Source: an uncultured delta proteobacterium (lineage in GTDB: Bacteria > Desulfobacterota > Desulfobacteria > Desulfobacterales > UBA2156). Taken from it: a stretch of 64,000 nucleotides of DNA. The number at the start of each line of letters is the position of its first letter. The stretch's first letter is position 1. Under the pieces are notes generated by a model. It saw only the letters and a list, made by a program, of their open reading frames with translations, was not told where the DNA came from and did no database searches. Both the position numbers and the translations under genes were made by a program. Below are positions 21,858-30,934 of the stretch, in pieces. The DNA lies in assembly GCA_963736855.1 (NCBI GenBank), contig CAVTQK010000024.1:96001-160000 (forward strand), in the 5' to 3' direction.

Positions 21858-23057
21858 ATGAAGTTTAAGGATGCCGCCGTGTTGGGTTTCAATTCCATGT
21901 ATGCCCATCGAATGCGCAGTATTTTGACCGCTTTGGGAATCGCCGTCGGTATTGCCTCGGTGGTCCTTCTCACTTCTCTTGGTGAAGGGGTTCATCAGTT
22001 CCTGCTATCTGAATTTACCCAGTTCGGTACCCATCTGATCGCCGTCAATCCGGGAAAGACCACCACCGCCGGAGTCTCCGGTGCGCTAATCAGCAATGTC
22101 AGACCATTGACTCTCGAAGATGCCCTGGCGATCAAGCGGATTCCTGAGGTCGTCGGGTCGGTTCCGGTGGCTTGGGGAAACGCTTCTGTGGAGTTTGAAC
22201 AGCGCAGCCGTCGGACTTATATTTTCGGGACCGGCTCCGAGGCTCCCCAAGTCTGGAAGATGGCGGTTTCGATCGGCCGATTCCTCCCGGACGACGACCC
22301 GAGGGCTGCCAGGGCATTCGCAGTTTTGGGAAGCCGTGTGAAGGAGGAGATTTTCGGATTGCTCAATCCATTGGGCAAGCGGGTCCGTATCGGAGGCGAG
22401 CGCTACCGGGTCATCGGGGTCATGGAGTCGAAAGGGCAGATGCTGGGATTTGACCTGGATGACGCCGTCTATATTCCTGTAGCAAGGGCTTTATCCATGT
22501 TCAACCGGGGAAGCCTCTTGGAGATCGACCTGGTCTATGAGGCGGGCATCAGCGCCGATCAGATCAAGAATAAGGTCAAAAAACTCCTCATTTCCCGGCA
22601 TGGGAGCGAGGATTTCACCATCACCACTCAGGAACAGATGCTATCGGTGCTTGGCTCGGTCTTGAACATCCTGACGTTGGCTATCGGCGCACTGGGCGGG
22701 ATCTCGCTGCTGGTCGGCGGCGTCGGCATTTTAACCATCATGACCATCGCCGTCCAGGAGCGGACCGGGGAAATCGGCCTTTTACGAGCCATCGGCGCCG
22801 GACGAAACCAGATTCTTTCCATTTTTATCGGCGAAGCCCTTGTTCTATCGGGGATCGGCGGATTGGCCGGACTTGTCCTCGGTAGCGGGGGAGCATGGCT
22901 TCTGAGTGCCTTGGTACCGGCCCTCCCAACGCACACCCCGTGGATCTACGCGGTATTGGCTGAACTCCTGGCGTCGGTCGTGGGCTTGGCGGCGGGAGTG
23001 GTCCCTGCGCTTCGTGCGGCCGGTATGGATCCGGTGGAAGCGTTGCGGGCCGAGTAA
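21858..23057 (+). CDS. ABC transporter permease (MacB/FtsX family), second subunit
   Basis: RSILTALGIAVG, ISLLVGGVGI, ERTGEIGLLRAIGA, DPVEALR. Confidence 0.92.
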   Translation: MKFKDAAVLGFNSMYAHRMRSILTALGIAVGIASVVLLTSLGEGVHQFLLSEFTQFGTHLIAVNPGKTTTAGVSGALISNVRPLTLEDALAIKRIPEVVGSVPVAWGNASVEFEQRSRRTYIFGTGSEAPQVWKMAVSIGRFLPDDDPRAARAFAVLGSRVKEEIFGLLNPLGKRVRIGGERYRVIGVMESKGQMLGFDLDDAVYIPVARALSMFNRGSLLEIDLVYEAGISADQIKNKVKKLLISRHGSEDFTITTQEQMLSVLGSVLNILTLAIGALGGISLLVGGVGILTIMTIAVQERTGEIGLLRAIGAGRNQILSIFIGEALVLSGIGGLAGLVLGSGGAWLLSALVPALPTHTPWIYAVLAELLASVVGLAAGVVPALRAAGMDPVEALRAE

Positions 23058-23107
23058 GTAGGTTAAAGGTAATCCCTGCCAGGAGCATCTATGGACCGGT
23101 TGGACCC

Positions 23108-24076
23108 TCATCGAAGCAGGATATCGTCCATGGAGCGAATTTCCAGACCCTCGGAATCCCGGTACTTGACATACACGGTTTTGGGACCCGGGCCTTCCAT
23201 GAGGACCCATGTCTTGTGCGGGGAATAGGGTTCCCAGGCGGCTCCGGTGAAATCCGCAGTGTTGTTGATGGACACTTCATGGGCATAATCGATGCCGCCG
23301 AATCCGGAAACTTCTTCGTTGGTCATGGACAGTGTAACTTGGCAGACAGGGGTTTCGCTGTCGTCAAAGTTGATGAAAACAGGGAGGACATTGGGCTGGC
23401 TCCCGGCATCGAGGGTCCAATAGGTCTTATGGGAGCCGCCGGCGGAAAAACCGACGCCGATCTCCCTGAGCTGGGGGTGCATCAGGATCGCACAATGGGA
23501 AGGGCTCGCCATCCAGCCAGCCACGACGCTTGCAGGACTGCTATAGCCGGCGGCGATGGTCTCGCCGATGAAACATGAGCCGCCCCCCGGGCCCGGCCCC
23601 CCGCCTCCGCTTTCGATGCCGGAATCGGTGAGGGACTGGGTACCGCCGAACACCCCAAACCCTGAAAGGCATATCCGTTCGGCAGGTGTATATTCCACGG
23701 TGCACTGGTGGGCAAAACAACCGGTATTTCGCATGTGATCTGAGTGGGCCTGAGCCAATGCATTTAAAAGCGGGTTGGCTTTGAAGGGGAGAAGCCCCGC
23801 ACCCAATCGGTTCCGGTTAACGAGGTGGATGACTTCCCGGGAAAAAGCGGCAGACGATTCGACAAATCCCGAAGCGTCCGGTTCCTTTTGAAAAAACGTT
23901 ACATGGCCGATTTGTTCTTGCGGGTCGTAATATCCCAGGGCGAAGTCACTGAAGGGCCCCGATGCCCATGACGAGGCAACCGAGACCGATGTCCAAATCA
24001 AAACAAACAAGGCGGTCAAATGACGGCGATCGCAAAATGTCATTTTACGAAGCGTCGATTGCGGCAATAACCTCAT
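23108..24076 (-). CDS. Secreted CAP (SCP/YkwD-like) domain protein with C-terminal beta-rich domain
   Basis: LVNRNR, AQAHSDHM, FAH, GETIAAG, WMASPSH, EIGVG; signal-like N-terminus. Confidence 0.85.
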   Translation of the reverse strand: MRLLPQSTLRKMTFCDRRHLTALFVLIWTSVSVASSWASGPFSDFALGYYDPQEQIGHVTFFQKEPDASGFVESSAAFSREVIHLVNRNRLGAGLLPFKANPLLNALAQAHSDHMRNTGCFAHQCTVEYTPAERICLSGFGVFGGTQSLTDSGIESGGGGPGPGGGSCFIGETIAAGYSSPASVVAGWMASPSHCAILMHPQLREIGVGFSAGGSHKTYWTLDAGSQPNVLPVFINFDDSETPVCQVTLSMTNEEVSGFGGIDYAHEVSINNTADFTGAAWEPYSPHKTWVLMEGPGPKTVYVKYRDSEGLEIRSMDDILLR

Positions 24077-24252
24077 GAGCGGGCATCCTCATTTTGGCCG
24101 TTTCCATCTGATATTTACTATACGGGACAAATGGCGTCAATTGAAAAAACAATCCTTTCGTCAGACCGTTTACTTCTTACTGGATTTCCATTAGCATAAA
24201 GTGAAATCCTCTTAAGTCCCTTGGATTTTAAAAAGAAAGGTAATTTTTACCT

Positions 24253-25521
24253 ATGATTGGCGAGATTTTAGCCACTGGGGATGAGGTTCGCAGTGGAGCC
24301 CTCATCGACAGTAACTCAGCCCATATTGCCCAGAAGCTGGAAGAGGCAGGGGTTGCCGTCATGCGTCATACTTGTGTGGGGGATGACCACGCGGCCCTTG
24401 TTGCAGCTCTGAGGGAAATCGGGGATAGGGCCGATGTCGCCGTGGTCACGGGGGGGTTGGGTCCCACTGAAGATGACCTTTCAACGGCCGCAGCCGCTGT
24501 TGCGGCAGAGGTGTCACTTGAGTTCTACAATCAGGCCATGCAGGAAATCGAGCGCTTTTTTGAAAACCGTAAGCGCCTGATGAGCGACTCCAACCGAAAA
24601 CAGGCATTTTTACCCAAAGGCTCCATCATGCTGAGCAATCCCATCGGGAGTGCGCCGGGATTTTCCCTCACCATTGGAAAGTGCACTTTTTTTTTCCTTC
24701 CGGGTGTGCCGGTGGAAATGAAAAAGATGCTCACAGAACAGGTTCTGCCCCGGCTTCCCAGGGTTTCTCCGGAGCACCGAACACTCTGCTTGATACGCAC
24801 CTTATCCACATTTGGATTGCCCGAAGCGGCGACCGGAGAACGGCTCTCCGGTCTTTCGGACCTGTTCCCCGGGATCAAGCTGGGGCTCAGGGCAAAGTTT
24901 CCGGAAATTCAGGTCAAACTCTATGCATACGGCAAGGAGGATCAAAACCTCAAAGAGGCATTGGAAAAGGCTTCATCCTGGGTGGCCAATCAGCTTGGGA
25001 AATGCATCGTTTCTATGGACGGCAGCTCCATGGAGGCGGTGATTGGAAGGCTCCTCCTGGAGCGAAACGCTGCTGTCGCCGTGGCCGAAAGCTGCACCGG
25101 GGGCCTGATTTCCCATCGGCTTACCAATATTCCGGGAAGCTCCGACTATTTCCTTCTTTCAGCCGTTACTTATTCGAATGCATCCAAAATCTCGGTACTG
25201 GGGGTTTCTCCAGAAACCATCGATCAATTCGGAGCGGTGCATGAAGAGACCGCAAAGGAGATGGCACTGGGGGTCAAACGGATATCCGGTGCCGACTATG
25301 GTCTTTCCACCACCGGAATTGCCGGTCCCGACGGCGGATCACCCGAAAAACCCGTGGGGACTGTCTGCATCGGCCTGGCTTCGCCCCAGGGTGTGTTTTC
25401 CAAAAAACTCCATTTTTCTTTTGGGAGCCGCCTCATGCACAAAAAAATATTTGCCCAAAGCGCCATGGATATACTCCGGATGAACCTTCTTCACAGTTGT
25501 CCCGAAAAAGCCAGTGCTTAG
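24253..25521 (+). CDS. cinA: Competence/damage-inducible protein CinA (MoCF-like domain + NMN deamidase PncC)
   Basis: GDE, GGLGPTEDD, PGVP.EM, AESCTGG, TGIAGPDGG..EKPVG. Confidence 0.93.
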   Translation: MIGEILATGDEVRSGALIDSNSAHIAQKLEEAGVAVMRHTCVGDDHAALVAALREIGDRADVAVVTGGLGPTEDDLSTAAAAVAAEVSLEFYNQAMQEIERFFENRKRLMSDSNRKQAFLPKGSIMLSNPIGSAPGFSLTIGKCTFFFLPGVPVEMKKMLTEQVLPRLPRVSPEHRTLCLIRTLSTFGLPEAATGERLSGLSDLFPGIKLGLRAKFPEIQVKLYAYGKEDQNLKEALEKASSWVANQLGKCIVSMDGSSMEAVIGRLLLERNAAVAVAESCTGGLISHRLTNIPGSSDYFLLSAVTYSNASKISVLGVSPETIDQFGAVHEETAKEMALGVKRISGADYGLSTTGIAGPDGGSPEKPVGTVCIGLASPQGVFSKKLHFSFGSRLMHKKIFAQSAMDILRMNLLHSCPEKASA

Positions 25522-25560
25522 CGAGCGGTTGGCAGGGTAAAAGAAGCATAAAAAGAGACT

Positions 25561-26793
25561 ATGGATCTACTAAGGATTTGCGCCGGCTGGCTGATCGACG
25601 GGACCGGCGGCGCCATTCTCCGGAATGGAGTCATGGAAATCGACGGGGAAAGAATCTTATCCGTTTCCAGGATGGATCCCGGAGCCCGGAATCAGGGAGA
25701 AGTTCTCGATTTTTCAGGGTGTACGCTGATACCCGGTCTCATCGATTGCCATGTGCATCTCTGCATGTCCGGAACCACGGACATGACGGTACGGGAAAAG
25801 CAACTGACGGCCGGTTTCGATGAAGCCGGTTTGAGCATCACCCGACACCTGAATCAAGACCTTGATTTCGGCGTAGTTGCCGTGAGGGATGCCGGTGACC
25901 GTTTCGGTCACACCTTGAGATTCAAGGAACAAAAGTTAAAAAATAACCCGTTTTCCGTCCGTCTTCATGCGGCTGGAAAAGCATGGCACGCACCGGGTCG
26001 ATACGGAAGCCTTATCGGAAGGTCCACTGAAAAAGGAGAGAGCCTGGCCCAGGCCATAGAAAGAAAAAGTCTTGGCATTGACTGCGTCAAGATCGTTAAT
26101 TCAGGTGTCAACAGTCTGATCCGGTACGGCAGACAGACCTTGCCCCAATTTAACGCCGAAGAATTGGAAAAAGCGACTCAAGCGGCTCGGGCACGGGGCC
26201 TTCCCGTCATGGTGCATGCCAACGGTGTCGAACCGGTACTGTCGGCCGTATCCGCCCGCGTTCAGTCCATTGAGCATGGGTTTTTCATGGGGACCGAAAA
26301 CCTGAAGCGCATGCGCCATCAGGGTGTGACTTGGGTTCCCACCGCTTTTGCCATGAAAGCCCTCGCGGATCCGGCGGTATGTAAAAACCGGATTCTTTTT
26401 AAAAACGGCTCCAAAGGCTTGCCGCATACGCCTGTTGAAGCGCGCAGTCGAAAGGTTGCCGAACAGACTCTGTCACACCAGCTCGATCAGATCCGGAAAG
26501 CCAAAGAGATCGGCGTCGAGATCGCCTTAGGGACCGATTCCGGTAGTATCGGTGTTAATCATGGGGTATCCACGGTTCAGGAGCTCTCCCTGCTGCTGGA
26601 GTCTGGGCTTCCCATACAGGAAGCCATCCACTGTGCCACCGAAGTCGGCGCAGCCCTTTTGGGTCTTGAAGGACTGGGAACCCTGGTTCCGGGAAAGGAG
26701 GCAACCTTTCTGGTGGTCAAGGGGGCGCCACACAAGCTTCCTGAAAGCCTCTATCAGATCAATACGTTGTACGTGAAAGGGAAAAGAATCTAA
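25561..26793 (+). CDS. Amidohydrolase family protein (Xaa-Pro dipeptidase-like)
   Basis: PGLIDCHVH, VRDAG, VHA, SIEHG, LGTDSG. Confidence 0.88.
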   Translation: MDLLRICAGWLIDGTGGAILRNGVMEIDGERILSVSRMDPGARNQGEVLDFSGCTLIPGLIDCHVHLCMSGTTDMTVREKQLTAGFDEAGLSITRHLNQDLDFGVVAVRDAGDRFGHTLRFKEQKLKNNPFSVRLHAAGKAWHAPGRYGSLIGRSTEKGESLAQAIERKSLGIDCVKIVNSGVNSLIRYGRQTLPQFNAEELEKATQAARARGLPVMVHANGVEPVLSAVSARVQSIEHGFFMGTENLKRMRHQGVTWVPTAFAMKALADPAVCKNRILFKNGSKGLPHTPVEARSRKVAEQTLSHQLDQIRKAKEIGVEIALGTDSGSIGVNHGVSTVQELSLLLESGLPIQEAIHCATEVGAALLGLEGLGTLVPGKEATFLVVKGAPHKLPESLYQINTLYVKGKRI

Positions 26794-26844
26794 TCCCCCT
26801 TGATTCGTTGAACCCTTCATCGATCAGCTTTAGCAATCAGCAGA

Positions 26845-27606
26845 TCATTTTTTCTGTTTGAAATCCGGATAGAGTTTCTTGAAGCACTCCGGACAGACGC
26901 TGTGGCTGAACGACAGCTCGGAGTGGGCCTCCAGATAGTTTTCGATCTGATTCCAGTACCCTTTGTCGTCCCTGATTTTTTTGCATGAGGCGCATATAGG
27001 GAGCATGCCTTGAAGTGTCTTAACATTCGACAGAGCCTCTTGAAGACTTGCAACCAGCTGATCACGCTCTTCTTCCGCTTTCATTTCCTTGGTGACAACC
27101 GTCAACATTCCCAGGGACAATGAGATATGGTCATAGGGATAAGTTTCGATGACTGCCTGATCCTTCAGCCAGATGGGATTCCCGGTCTTTGGAAGCACCT
27201 TGTAAACCGCCTCGATGGCTCCGGTTTTCAGGGTAGTCTTTCTCAACTTGTCCCGAATTCCTTCCAAGTGGCTGAGAGTTAGAACCTCTTTATGAATGCT
27301 TTCTGATTCCGTGTATCGGTAGGTACGGTGGTCTATGATATGCGTTTTGAAAGTATCGGCCAGCTCGGTAAAAGAGCACTCCATCAACTCCATGAAGCGT
27401 TTTGCGGCATATTCATACCAGATGTCTTTTTTCTTTTCTTTCCAGGCGGCGATATACGGGATGGCCGGTGTTCCCGTCTCTTCGAACAAGGTGAAAATAT
27501 CGATGTATTGCGCTACGCGGTCTTTGAGATCACGGCTGAAGTCTCCGGTCAGGATCTTCCCTAAATATTTATTTAAAGAGGGGGCCTCGTCGCTGGTTCC
27601 GTTCAT
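26845..27606 (-). CDS. Putative sensory protein (PAS-like region + C-terminal Cys/His motif)
   Basis: IWLKDQA...GMLTVVT PAC-like segment, coiled coil, LPICASCKKIRDDKGYW...FSHSVCPEC. Confidence 0.7.
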   Translation of the reverse strand: MNGTSDEAPSLNKYLGKILTGDFSRDLKDRVAQYIDIFTLFEETGTPAIPYIAAWKEKKKDIWYEYAAKRFMELMECSFTELADTFKTHIIDHRTYRYTESESIHKEVLTLSHLEGIRDKLRKTTLKTGAIEAVYKVLPKTGNPIWLKDQAVIETYPYDHISLSLGMLTVVTKEMKAEEERDQLVASLQEALSNVKTLQGMLPICASCKKIRDDKGYWNQIENYLEAHSELSFSHSVCPECFKKLYPDFKQKK

Positions 27607-27639
27607 CGCGGGTTTTCTCTCCTTTCACTGTTGTTTTTA

Positions 27640-28371
27640 TCATAACAAAGATCCGGCCGTCCGGATAAACCATTTAGTTGCCTCTTGAATAAAAATAGCT
27701 TGATGAACGGGATTGCTCATTCGATGATCTCCTGCCTCAAATCGGATCAGTCGCTTGGGGTTTTCGGCTTTTTCCCGGATTTCAAGGGCATTGGAAAAGG
27801 GAACGGTCTCATCGGCATCCCCGTGAAAAAGAAGGATGTTCCGAATGCGAGGCAAATACTGGGAAAGATCAAAATGAAGGGGATTTCTGTTCAACAGCGC
27901 CCTTGTCAAGGGATCGTGATTCGAATCCGGGTCGGATCCTTTGATTTCGCGGCTTCGGAGCGGTGCGGCCACGGTGACCAGGGCAGGAACGGCACGCCTT
28001 GAAGCAACCCATAAAGATGCGGCACCGCCCATGCTGCTTCCAAACAGGCCTAGAAAGGGCCCTAAGCCTTTTCGGGCGTTGAGCACCTCAATGGCGTTGA
28101 GGATATCCGAGGCTCTCCCCTCAAGAGAGGTTACTTTCACAAAATCCCCATCGCTTTTTCCGCATCCCCGATGATCGAACCGGAAATAGGCGATCCCTTT
28201 TTCGGAAAGTGTTTCGCCAAGGCGCACCTGCTTGGGTGAAGCGGCGTCGCTGAAAAGTCCATGACTTCCGACGACAAAAGGCGAGGCTGGTCGGTTCGGT
28301 TCATGCAAAACACCCCGGAGTTGCATGCCGTCGGATTGAAAAAAGATTTCTACTGAGTCGGAGCCGAACAC
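27640..28371 (-). CDS. Alpha/beta fold hydrolase
   Basis: HGL, RFDHRGCGKS, GSSMGG nucleophile, HGDADETVP, GDH. Confidence 0.9.
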   Translation of the reverse strand: MFGSDSVEIFFQSDGMQLRGVLHEPNRPASPFVVGSHGLFSDAASPKQVRLGETLSEKGIAYFRFDHRGCGKSDGDFVKVTSLEGRASDILNAIEVLNARKGLGPFLGLFGSSMGGAASLWVASRRAVPALVTVAAPLRSREIKGSDPDSNHDPLTRALLNRNPLHFDLSQYLPRIRNILLFHGDADETVPFSNALEIREKAENPKRLIRFEAGDHRMSNPVHQAIFIQEATKWFIRTAGSLL

Positions 28372-28393
28372 GAGGTGCTTCCCTCTTTACGAG

Positions 28394-28453
28394 GTGCGCC
28401 GCAATGAGGAAGGGTGCTGCGCAACGCCGTAGTTTGATTTATATGATGCCATC
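28394..28453. repeat. Degenerate partial family A element
   Basis: GTGCGCCGCAATGAGGAAGGGTGCTGCGCAACGCC...GATGCCATC aligns with the last ~60 bp of copies 2 and 3. Confidence 0.75.
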
Positions 28454-28618
28454 CTGCTTGATTTGTCGGTTTGAATCGCATATGCAGCAAGGACTCGATT
28501 TCTTAAAACCCTTGACCCCTTAAATCTTTTTTTTGAGAAAATTCGAACCCATATTTTTACCCAAAGGCAAATGATTTTTCCCAATTACCGTATGAGATAA
28601 CAAAGTATAAACACAATC

Positions 28619-30007
28619 TTGGAAATAAAAAAAGGGAAAATAGTCGAGCTTGATATTGTGGCCATGGCCTTCGGCGGTCGTGGGATCGGCCGCATCGACG
28701 GTTTGGTGGTGTTTGTGGATCATGTTGTTCCGGGTGATCGGGCGCGGGTTGGCATCATCAAGAAGCGCAGCAGCTATGCCGAAGCCCGGCTAGTGGAGCT
28801 CCTTTCCCCCTCTGAGTATCGAACCGATCCTCCCTGTCCATACGCCGGTTTTTGCGGGGGATGCAGTTGGCAACACATCCGATACGATCAGCAGCTCGGA
28901 TATAAACGTCAGCATATCACCGATTCCCTGGAGCGGATCGCCGGTCTTTTTCAGGTCACGGTGCATCCGGTGCTCCCGTCGGTGCGTATTTATGGATATC
29001 GGAATAAGATGGAATTTTCCTGCTCCGACCGAAGATGGCTTTTACCCGAAGAGATGGATAGGCCGGTGGGCCGAACCGATTTTGCCCTTGGGCTTCATAT
29101 TCCCGGGACTTTCAATAGGATCATCGATATCCAAAGATGCCTCCTTCAGCCGGAAGCCGGAAACGCTATTGTAGGCACGGTTCGTTCCCTTATCATGAAT
29201 TCTGGGCTTCCTCCTTATGGCCTGAAGAGCCATGTCGGTTTCTGGCGCTTCGTGATGCTGCGCCATTCCGAAACCCATGATCGGTGGATGGTAAACCTCG
29301 TCACGGCATCGGAGGATCTTGAAAAGATGCATCCGGTGGCCGACCGTCTGGTTAGGCAACACCCCGAAATCCTTTCCGTGGTCAACAACATTACTGCAAA
29401 AAAGGCAGGAATCGCCGTGGGGGAACGGGAAATTCCTCTTGCCGGCCCATCGAAAATTTCGGATCGCCTGGGACCTTATGATTTCCGGATTTCGGCAAAT
29501 TCTTTTTTCCAGGTGAATCCTTCAAGTGCCTGGACGCTTTTCAGTACGGCCAAACGATACGCACAACTCACCGGCACCGAAACCGTCCTGGATCTTTACA
29601 GCGGCACCGGGGCCATCGCCATCGCTCTCTCCGGGAGTGCCCGATCCGTCATCGGGATGGAGATCGTATCGAGTGCCGTAGAAGATGCACAGGAAAATTG
29701 CCGGATTAATGGGATTGCGAACTGCCGGTTTCTCTGTGGGGATATTCTGGATCTGATCCCCAGGATGGAAAAGCGGCCTGACGTGGTTGTCATCGACCCT
29801 CCCCGGGCCGGGATGCATCCGAAGTCCGTGGCAAAGATCCTGGAGCTCAAACCTGAACGGATGGTTTATGTTTCCTGCAACCCGGCGACCCTGGCCAGAG
29901 ACCTTAGCCTCATGAAGGAATCCTATGGTGTTTTAGAGGTCCAGCCGGTAGACATGTTTCCCCATACCCCCCATATCGAGGCAGTTGCGAAACTGGAAAG
30001 AAGATGA
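28619..30007 (+). CDS. rlmD: 23S rRNA m5U1939 methyltransferase
   Basis: TRAM domain, C.....CGGC Fe-S motif, SFFQVN, LDLYSGTG, DPPRAG, YVSCNPATLARD, DMFPHT.HIE. Confidence 0.93.
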   Translation: MEIKKGKIVELDIVAMAFGGRGIGRIDGLVVFVDHVVPGDRARVGIIKKRSSYAEARLVELLSPSEYRTDPPCPYAGFCGGCSWQHIRYDQQLGYKRQHITDSLERIAGLFQVTVHPVLPSVRIYGYRNKMEFSCSDRRWLLPEEMDRPVGRTDFALGLHIPGTFNRIIDIQRCLLQPEAGNAIVGTVRSLIMNSGLPPYGLKSHVGFWRFVMLRHSETHDRWMVNLVTASEDLEKMHPVADRLVRQHPEILSVVNNITAKKAGIAVGEREIPLAGPSKISDRLGPYDFRISANSFFQVNPSSAWTLFSTAKRYAQLTGTETVLDLYSGTGAIAIALSGSARSVIGMEIVSSAVEDAQENCRINGIANCRFLCGDILDLIPRMEKRPDVVVIDPPRAGMHPKSVAKILELKPERMVYVSCNPATLARDLSLMKESYGVLEVQPVDMFPHTPHIEAVAKLERR

Positions 30008-30930
30008 AACCGGAAGAACAAAAGCGGACAATGGTCGGCATTGCCAGCCTTGTGGGGGCCTTCCTGATCTGGGGCACCAGCCCTATCTATTTCAAGTGGC
30101 TCAAAGTGGTCCCTCCCTTTGAAATCCTGATGCACCGAATGATCTGGTCATTTGTGTTTCTGATGCCTTTGGTCCTTCTCTTAGGTCAATGGCGTGAATT
30201 TCTGTATGCTTTAAAAAATCGTTTCACTCTTGGAATCCTTTTAGGAACGACCCTTTTGGTTTCTGTGAATTGGTTTTTGTTTATCTGGGCCATCAACAAC
30301 GATCAGATTCTGCAGACGAGCTTGGGGTATTACATCAATCCGCTCGTCAATGTCCTTTTAGGAAGGATTTTTTTAAAAGAAAGGCTCAGATCGGCACAGA
30401 GGGCAGCGGTTATCTTGGCCGCTTTGGGGGTCGGATATTTGACGGTTCAATTCGGACAGGTCCCTTGGATTTCTTTAGCCCTGGCTTTGACTTTCGGCTT
30501 TTACGGACTGATCCGCAAGGTGGCGCCTGTGGGGGCACTGGTGGGACTGACTCTGGAGACGCTTTTAATGTGCGGCCCTGCTCTGACATATCTTTTTTAT
30601 ATAAATACCAATGGCGGCGGCGCCTTTTTCAGAACAGGAACTCGAATTGATTTGCTTCTTATGGCCGCCGCCCTGGTGACGGCCTTTCCCCTTCTTCTTT
30701 TCACCGAAGGGGCGAGGCGGATCCACTTTTCCACGGTGGGGATCCTGCAGTACCTGGCGCCGAGCTGCACCTTTATCCTTGCGGTCTTCATTTACGGAGA
30801 GCCGTTTTCAGTGGCGAAGTTGTGGACGTTTATCCTGATCTGGATCGCTTTGATCATCTATTCCACCGATTCGATCCTGAATTTCCGCAAGCACGGATTC
30901 GAACCCCGGCAAAGTCCACAAAAAAGATAG
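30004..30930 (+). CDS. rarD: EamA/DMT transporter RarD
   Basis: NWFLFIWAINN, SLGYYINPLVNV, FGFYGLIRK, GILQYLAP. Confidence 0.93.
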   Translation: MKPEEQKRTMVGIASLVGAFLIWGTSPIYFKWLKVVPPFEILMHRMIWSFVFLMPLVLLLGQWREFLYALKNRFTLGILLGTTLLVSVNWFLFIWAINNDQILQTSLGYYINPLVNVLLGRIFLKERLRSAQRAAVILAALGVGYLTVQFGQVPWISLALALTFGFYGLIRKVAPVGALVGLTLETLLMCGPALTYLFYINTNGGGAFFRTGTRIDLLLMAAALVTAFPLLLFTEGARRIHFSTVGILQYLAPSCTFILAVFIYGEPFSVAKLWTFILIWIALIIYSTDSILNFRKHGFEPRQSPQKR

Positions 30931-30934
30931 GGTG

